NCBI GenBank assembly: GCA_049517335.1
Contig: JBEKSD010000001.1
Location: forward strand, 32,001 to 96,000
Length of the DNA stretch: 64,000 bases
Direction of reading: 5' to 3'
Origin: Candidatus Omnitrophota bacterium
Lineage (GTDB): Bacteria > Omnitrophota > Gorgyraeia > Gygaellales > Profunditerraquicolaceae
A program made the position numbers and the translations under genes. Every line of letters starts with the position of its first letter. Position 1 is the stretch's first letter. Below, in pieces: positions 57,085-64,000 of this stretch. Under the pieces are notes generated by a model that saw nothing but the letters and a program-made list of their open reading frames with translations, was not told where the DNA came from and did no database searches.

Positions 57085-58835
57085 AGATTGATTTTAAGAT
57101 TTTAATTTTACTTCTTACGGTGTTTGGATTTACCTTTCGCGCATACGCAGGTTCAAACACTAAAGAGATCACTTTAATATATACCGGGGAAACGCACGGT
57201 ATGATTTATCCCTGTAACTGCCCTATTGAACCTGACGGCGGAGTAGCGCGCAGGGCTACGCTTGTAAAGCAGCTTAGGCTAGAATACCCGGCATCTTTGC
57301 TTCTTTCTACGGGCGGTTTCTTTGCCGCCGGGCCCCTGGATCAGTATTCCCAGAATGCCGAACTGGATAAGCAGCGCACCCTGGTAAATTTAGCCGCAAT
57401 GGAAGAGATGAAATATGACGCGGTGGCAGTGGGGGATGATGAGTTTAATTTCGGTAAAGCCTTTCTCTCGGATAATATCGCAAAGAGCAGCCTTCGTTTC
57501 CTCTCGGCTAATATTAAAATGCAAAAAGCCGCGCCTTATATCATAAAAGAAACCGCCGGGCTTAAAATAGGCATTACTGCAGTAACTTCTCCTAAAGCCG
57601 GGCAAAAAACAGAAGGCCTTGAGATTTTTAACCCTAAAGAAGCGGTTATTCAGGCAGTAAAAGAACTAAAAGCCAAAGGCGCAAATATAATTATCCTCTT
57701 AAGCAATTTAGGGGAAGATGAAGACACAAGGTTAGTTCAGGATGTTTCGGGAATAGATATCGTAATCACGGGGCGCGCTCTTATTAATAGCGAAGAATTG
57801 TCCCTAAAAAAAGGGGATACTTTATTTTTAAGGACCAGTTGGCAGGGTAGAAAATTGAATAAAGCGGTTTTAAGCATAGAAGATAACAAAATAGCGGATT
57901 ATAAAGCCGAAGGCATACGCCTGGAAAAAGGGATTGTCGATGATCCGGATATCCTAAAAATCCTTCCCCGTTGTTTCTCCGATACTAATTGCAGGAAAGA
58001 AAGCCTCATAGGAGTCTGCCGGAATGCGGGCAGCATGAATGCTTCCTGTATGTTCAGCGAGCCAAAAAGGATCGGCCTTACGGTAATTACTTCAAAGGCA
58101 TGCACTACCTGTAAGGCGGAGAGCTTTGTTAATTATCTTAAAAAACTGTTTCCCGGGCTGCAAACTATTTATTTGTATTACCCTGACCCTGACAGCGAAG
58201 CCAAAGATATTATTAAGAAATTCAATCTGGATGCGCTCCCTCTTTATTTTCTGGAAAGGGCCGCGGAAAATGAGAAGAATTTCAGCATAATAAAGGATCT
58301 GGTTGAATTAAAGGGCGATAATTACCTGATCAAAGCGCAGCTGGCAGGGGTGGGTTATTTCATAAACAGGGATAAGACTAAAGGTACATTGGATGTTTTT
58401 TTAAGCCTTTTTGAAAATAATACGCTGGCGGTATTAAACGCATTAAGAGAGTTTGACCCTAAAGTCCACTTCCTTGTTACTTATGCCGACGGAGCTTTTG
58501 ACGCGCTTAAAGGCAGCATGGAGGTTGAGGAGGATTTACGGGCAGTGTGCGTGCAGAAATATTATCCGGAAAAATTCTGGGATTATCTTGTCTGCCGCGC
58601 AAACAATATTAACAGTTCATGGTGGGATGATTGCTTAGGGAAAAGGGCGGATATTAATAAGATAAAAACGTGCGCCCGAGGGCCTGAGGGGAAAAAATTA
58701 CTGGAAGAGAATTCTAAAATTAACAAAGAATTACGCGTAATGACGGGAACAGCGTACCTTGTGGATAATGTAGAAATATTCGCTTCGGAAGGCGCGCCTT
58801 CAAAAGAATTGTTGAAAAAAATACTCAAGAGGTGA
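57081..58835 (+). CDS. Secreted UshA-like (degenerate metallophosphoesterase) protein with Cys-rich, thioredoxin-like and GILT-like regions
   Basis: Signal peptide; TGETHG, PCNCP, GGVARR; CTTC; EVEEDLRAVC..FWDYLVC. Confidence 0.65.
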   Translation: MKIDFKILILLLTVFGFTFRAYAGSNTKEITLIYTGETHGMIYPCNCPIEPDGGVARRATLVKQLRLEYPASLLLSTGGFFAAGPLDQYSQNAELDKQRTLVNLAAMEEMKYDAVAVGDDEFNFGKAFLSDNIAKSSLRFLSANIKMQKAAPYIIKETAGLKIGITAVTSPKAGQKTEGLEIFNPKEAVIQAVKELKAKGANIIILLSNLGEDEDTRLVQDVSGIDIVITGRALINSEELSLKKGDTLFLRTSWQGRKLNKAVLSIEDNKIADYKAEGIRLEKGIVDDPDILKILPRCFSDTNCRKESLIGVCRNAGSMNASCMFSEPKRIGLTVITSKACTTCKAESFVNYLKKLFPGLQTIYLYYPDPDSEAKDIIKKFNLDALPLYFLERAAENEKNFSIIKDLVELKGDNYLIKAQLAGVGYFINRDKTKGTLDVFLSLFENNTLAVLNALREFDPKVHFLVTYADGAFDALKGSMEVEEDLRAVCVQKYYPEKFWDYLVCRANNINSSWWDDCLGKRADINKIKTCARGPEGKKLLEENSKINKELRVMTGTAYLVDNVEIFASEGAPSKELLKKILKR

Positions 58836-58838
58836 AAT

Positions 58839-60077
58839 ATGCCAGAGAAAAATAAAATTTATATCATTGACGTAACTAACCGTGACGGAGTGCAGACTTC
58901 GCGCATATGCCTTTCTAAATTACAGAAGACAATGATCAATCTCTATCTGAATGAGATGGGGATATACCAATCGGAGTTTGGTTTCCCCATTACCCGTCAT
59001 GAGACAAATTACTTGAACGCCAACCTTGAATTGGTAAAGAAGGGCGTACTTTCACCGATAAGGTTAGGCGGGTGGATCAGGGCTACAAAAGATGACGTAA
59101 AGGCGTCTTTTAAGTTCGTGCCGCAGATAAAACACCTGAACCTTTCCATATCTACCTCTGACCAGATGATTATTCATAAATTCAAGGGTAAGCTTGACCA
59201 CTCTTCGGTAATAAAGGAGATGGTTGAAGCGGTGCATGAGGCCAGAAAACTGGGGGCGGAATCTTTGGGCGTGAACGCGGAAGATGCCTCGCGGACCAAA
59301 ATGGATTATCTGATTGAATTTGCCTGCGCCGCAAAAGAGGCCGGGGCGGATAGGGTTCGTTACTGCGACACCTTAGGCTGTGATACGCCGTTTTCAATTT
59401 ATGAAAGGATTAAACTTCTGGCAGAGGCTGTGAAGATATCTATTGAGGTGCACTGCCATAACGACTTAGGGCTGGTTGTGGCGAATTCAATTGCCGGCGC
59501 AAGGGCCGCTAATGACGCAGGATGCGATGCTTTTATTAACACCTGCGTTAACGGTATGGGCGAGCGCGCGGGAAACGCGGATTTAGTTTCGGTTATACTT
59601 GCCTTAAAATACGGTAGCGGCATGCAGGACTATGAACTTGGCCCAAGGGTGCACTTAAAGATCGCCTGGAAGATATGCAAATATGCTTCTTACGCTTTTG
59701 GTGTGCCCATCCCGATAAACCAGCCGGGCGTGGGTTCAAACGCTTTCGCGCATGAGTCGGGAATTCATGCCGACGGCGCGCTTAAAGACAGGCGCAATTA
59801 TGAGCTTTACGATTATGAGGAGTTAGGAAGAGGCGAGCCGGAAATAATTGAAACCGGGCGTAAGATTACCGCGGGGGAGTATTCGGGGATAAAGGGATTC
59901 CGCAACGTTTATGAAAAACTGGAAGTTACTTTTAAGGATGACGCGGAAGCAACCGAAATCCTTGAGCTGGTCAGGTACGCTAATGTCCATAATCAGAAGC
60001 CGCTGGTAGATGAAGAGCTGAAATTCATAGCAACGCATCCGGATATTGCCCGTAAAATTTTTACAATGACGCCGTAA
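58839..60077 (+). CDS. DRE-TIM metallolyase, homocitrate synthase-like (possibly Re-citrate synthase)
   Basis: DVTNRDGVQ, HCHNDLG, GMGERAGNA, HESGIHADG; no LeuA regulatory domain. Confidence 0.85.
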   Translation: MPEKNKIYIIDVTNRDGVQTSRICLSKLQKTMINLYLNEMGIYQSEFGFPITRHETNYLNANLELVKKGVLSPIRLGGWIRATKDDVKASFKFVPQIKHLNLSISTSDQMIIHKFKGKLDHSSVIKEMVEAVHEARKLGAESLGVNAEDASRTKMDYLIEFACAAKEAGADRVRYCDTLGCDTPFSIYERIKLLAEAVKISIEVHCHNDLGLVVANSIAGARAANDAGCDAFINTCVNGMGERAGNADLVSVILALKYGSGMQDYELGPRVHLKIAWKICKYASYAFGVPIPINQPGVGSNAFAHESGIHADGALKDRRNYELYDYEELGRGEPEIIETGRKITAGEYSGIKGFRNVYEKLEVTFKDDAEATEILELVRYANVHNQKPLVDEELKFIATHPDIARKIFTMTP

Positions 60078-60109
60078 TTGAACAGGCAACCGGATAACGG
60101 GAAGACTAA

Positions 60110-61381
<1,272 letters not shown>

Positions 61382-61386
61382 AATCC

Positions 61387-61415
61387 TTGACTATAAATTT
61401 TGCTTGTGTTATAGT
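61387..61415 (+). promoter_or_regulatory. Sigma70-like promoter
   Basis: TTGACT-17 nt-TATAGT with extended TG; SD AGGAG and ATG 61444 downstream. Confidence 0.7.
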
Positions 61416-61443
61416 AAAATCTCAAGAAAAAAGGAGAAGTAAA

Positions 61444-62103
61444 ATGAAAAACAAAATCTTTAAAATGACTTTAGCCGCCTTATTGACTTTAAGTTTAGCC
61501 GGCTGCACCTTTATTTTTCAGACAGGCAGGAGATCGGATACGGAGAAGATTAAGCAATTATCAAACCAGCTTGATGATTTAGCTCAGGCTAAAAAATTAC
61601 TGGAAGAGCGCTTAAGCGGTGAAATTCAGGATAAACAGGTAAAATTACAGATGATGGAAAAGGGCCTGGTTATCACTGTCGTAGGAGACCTGTTGTTTAA
61701 TTCAGGCAAGGCTAAGATACGACCCGAAGCTTATCCTCTGCTTAATAAAGTCGCAGCAGTCTTAAAAGAAAATATGGCGCAGTTTCAGGTAGGCATTGAA
61801 GGCCACACCGACAATGTCCCTATTAAGCACTCTGCGTGGAAATCCAATTGGGAACTTTCCAGCGCCAGGGCTTTAAGCGTTTTACATTACCTTATTAATA
61901 AAGAAGATATTTCTCCGGATCGCCTTTCCGCAATCGGTTACGGAGAATTCCAGTCCGTGGCACCAAATGATACAAAAGAAGGCAGACAGTTGAATCGCAG
62001 GGTTGAAATAGTAATCCTGCCTCGGGCTACAAAAGTAAAAAACCCGGTCACGCCGCAACCGGCTGAGAGAGGCTTTTCAGTACCGCAGGAAAATTTAAAA
62101 TAA
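61444..62103 (+). CDS. OmpA/MotB-like peptidoglycan-binding lipoprotein
   Basis: Lipobox LAGC, coiled coil, EGHTD, SNWELSSARA, NRRVEI. Confidence 0.88.
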   Translation: MKNKIFKMTLAALLTLSLAGCTFIFQTGRRSDTEKIKQLSNQLDDLAQAKKLLEERLSGEIQDKQVKLQMMEKGLVITVVGDLLFNSGKAKIRPEAYPLLNKVAAVLKENMAQFQVGIEGHTDNVPIKHSAWKSNWELSSARALSVLHYLINKEDISPDRLSAIGYGEFQSVAPNDTKEGRQLNRRVEIVILPRATKVKNPVTPQPAERGFSVPQENLK

Positions 62104-62121
62104 CAGAAAAAGGATATTTTA

Positions 62122-62505
62122 ATGGAAGAAAAAGTTAAGAATAAACTCATCTTCATATTGGCTGTTGTTTGCGTATTGTTTTTAGTTCTCGCGGTAAGCT
62201 CCTGTAACGGCGCTTCGCGCCAAAAACTTGCCCGGGATAAAGAAGTGGCCGCCCGTTTTAATCTGGAAGAGAAAATGAGTAAATTTAGTCAGGAAAAAGC
62301 GGGCTTGGATGCAGAAATCAGAGCGAAAGAAAAGGAGCTCTCCGAAGCGCGCTCTGAATTGGATGCCGTAAAAAAAGCTCTCCAGCAGGAACAGATGGTA
62401 AGCTCAAGCCTGAAAGATGAGCTTGCCACGGTTGTAAAAGTTAAGGAAGGCCTGGAAGCGGAGCTGGAAAATGTCCGGGCTAAGAATAAGAAGACTACAA
62501 GATGA
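62122..62505 (+). CDS. Membrane-anchored coiled-coil protein (possible lipoprotein)
   Basis: Hydrophobic N-terminus ending VSSC, then E/K-rich heptads. Confidence 0.7.
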   Translation: MEEKVKNKLIFILAVVCVLFLVLAVSSCNGASRQKLARDKEVAARFNLEEKMSKFSQEKAGLDAEIRAKEKELSEARSELDAVKKALQQEQMVSSSLKDELATVVKVKEGLEAELENVRAKNKKTTR

Positions 62506-62554
62506 CTTAAAACGCACAAGGGGGAAAAAGAACGGATGAAGTAAGTTCTTTTCT

Positions 62555-62579
62555 AAGGGGGATAACAATCCCCTTTTTT
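62555..62579 (+). terminator. Probable intrinsic terminator
   Basis: GGGGAT-AACA-ATCCCC followed by TTTTTT. Confidence 0.65.
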
Positions 62580-62597
62580 ATTGGCAAGGAGGAACCC

Positions 62598-63347
62598 ATG
62601 AGGGTAAAAAAAATGCTTAAGAAAAAGAAAACGGCTAAGACTAACAAGGCGCTCAGAAACAGGAAGGCAATAAAACGCACCCATAAGAGCCGTAAGGTTC
62701 AGCTTAAAAGAAGAAAACAAATATCTCTTGTCGCAGATGAACTTACGGTTGAAAAAGCTAAATTCTTTCCGCCTCAGCCTGAGGCGCAACCTCCGAAAAA
62801 AGATTTATCCAGCGAGCTTCCTTTTAAATACGGGCAGGATAAGATTACGCTTATGGTCAGGGACCCTTCATGGTTATACGTATGGTGGGAAGTAAAGGAT
62901 TCTACTGTAGCCGGATTTGAGACGAAGTTTAAGGATATTTTCTGGCAGGCCAAAAAAGTATTGCGTGTTTACGACGTCACTGACATTAATTTTAACGGCC
63001 GTAATGCCCACAGGTATTTTGACATTGAAGTAGGCACTTTTATAGGGAACTGGTTTATTGAAATAGGCGGCTCGGGAAGGTCATGGTGCGTGGATTTAGG
63101 GTTATTGTTCCCGGACGGCAGGTTCGTTACTATCCTACGTTCCAATACAGTTGCGACTCCCCCGGATGGTCCATCGGATGTCCTTGATGAAGAATGGATG
63201 ATACCTGATTATATGTTTGCCCGTCTATATGGGATGGGTTTCGGTTTCGGAAAAAGCTCTCCTGTGGGCCAGGGCTGGCAGGAAAGATTCAGACACATCT
63301 TAAGCTCAGGGGTAAGTTCCGGAGCATCCAGTATCCTGAAAAAATAG
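62598..63347 (+). CDS. DUF4912 domain protein
   Basis: ELP..YG..KITLMVRDP.W...WWE, LRVYDVT, RSN.V.TP; basic N-terminus; upstream of GH57. Confidence 0.85.
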   Translation: MRVKKMLKKKKTAKTNKALRNRKAIKRTHKSRKVQLKRRKQISLVADELTVEKAKFFPPQPEAQPPKKDLSSELPFKYGQDKITLMVRDPSWLYVWWEVKDSTVAGFETKFKDIFWQAKKVLRVYDVTDINFNGRNAHRYFDIEVGTFIGNWFIEIGGSGRSWCVDLGLLFPDGRFVTILRSNTVATPPDGPSDVLDEEWMIPDYMFARLYGMGFGFGKSSPVGQGWQERFRHILSSGVSSGASSILKK

Positions 63348-63363
63348 TACTTTGAATATTAAA

Positions 63364-64000
63364 ATGCCGAAAGATAATCATAAAGGATATTTATGCATGG
63401 TCTTGCACGGCCACCTTCCGTATGTGCGCCATCCGGAGCATGAGAATTTCCTTGAGGAGGATTGGCTGTATGAAGCAATTACCGAAACTTACATCCCATT
63501 GATTTCGGTCTTTGAAAAACTGGTTGAAGAAGGGGTAGACTTTCGTCTTACCATGACCTTAAGCCCGTCGCTTATTTCCATGTTAAGCGACCAGCTTTTG
63601 GAGGAACGCTACCTTAAGCATATAAACAAATCCATAGAACTTGCGCATAAGGAAGTTGAGCGGACCCATGCGCAGCCCGAATTTAACCGCTTAAGCTGGA
63701 TGTACCTTGATAATTTTACTCACGCCCGCAGTACCTTTGAAAAATACAACCGTAACCTAGTCTGGGCGTTCAAGAAATTCCAGGACCTAGGCAAGCTTGA
63801 AATCATTACCTGCGGCGCAACCCACGCTTATTTTCCGCTCATGGATACGCGTAGGGAATCGGTAAGGGCGCAAGTTAAGGTTGCGGTGGCTCATTACGAG
63901 AGCGTCTTCGGTAGAAAGCCTAAAGGCATCTGGCTTCCTGAATGCGGTTATCAGCCGGGGCAGGATGCGATATTAAAGGAATCCGGGATACGTTATTTCT
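63364..64000 (+). CDS. GH57 1,4-alpha-glucan branching enzyme-like (DUF1957), 3' truncated by window edge
   Basis: Manual translation: LHGHLPYVRHPE, EEDWLYEAITETYIP, ATH, GIWLPECGY. Confidence 0.92.
   Translation, partial: MPKDNHKGYLCMVLHGHLPYVRHPEHENFLEEDWLYEAITETYIPLISVFEKLVEEGVDFRLTMTLSPSLISMLSDQLLEERYLKHINKSIELAHKEVERTHAQPEFNRLSWMYLDNFTHARSTFEKYNRNLVWAFKKFQDLGKLEIITCGATHAYFPLMDTRRESVRAQVKVAVAHYESVFGRKPKGIWLPECGYQPGQDAILKESGIRYF

Noticed and set aside
57081-58835. Selenoprotein or stop-codon recoding
   Set aside because: The CxC codons are TGT and TGC with no in-frame TGA; TGA acts as a normal stop in conserved genes such as purL and purD.
58839-60077. nifV and nitrogen fixation
   Set aside because: No nif genes in the window and the N-terminal motif differs from NifV.

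Overview
Gene-dense, mostly housekeeping bacterial window (diderm, LPS-producing; gene order and fusions resemble Candidatus Omnitrophota/PVC-type genomes, an inference). All genes lie on the + strand except one Ski2/HelY-like helicase. In order it holds: a purine operon (purB-purSL-LOG-purQ-purF-purM, a 5-gene insertion, purD-purE); tsaC/LMW-phosphatase-rpiB-glyA-dCMP deaminase-nrdR; a tRNA nucleotidyltransferase and an AsmA-like gene; a probable acquired islet (autotransporter plus a second LOG) with att-like flanks; a Macro-Nudix/helicase/nuclease block; aroC-aroK-(dprA relic)-topA-xerC; a large lipid A/Kdo/heptose/Lpt cluster rich in domain fusions; tig-clpP; serine genes; a Re-citrate/homocitrate synthase-like gene; purA; a MotB/OmpA lipoprotein; DUF4912 and a truncated GH57. 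No rRNA, tRNA, CRISPR array or intact transposase was recognised. The most notable signals are two related 4x8-bp tandem-repeat insertions sitting in interdomain linkers of unrelated genes, a dprA pseudogene missing most of its middle, a thermonuclease with three catalytic residues substituted, a loop-deleted (CC-adding-type) tRNA nucleotidyltransferase, a STAS-PilZ protein between waaA and lpxK, and a secreted pseudo-phosphoesterase/thioredoxin/GILT-like protein. All calls come from motif recognition by eye; no searches were run.
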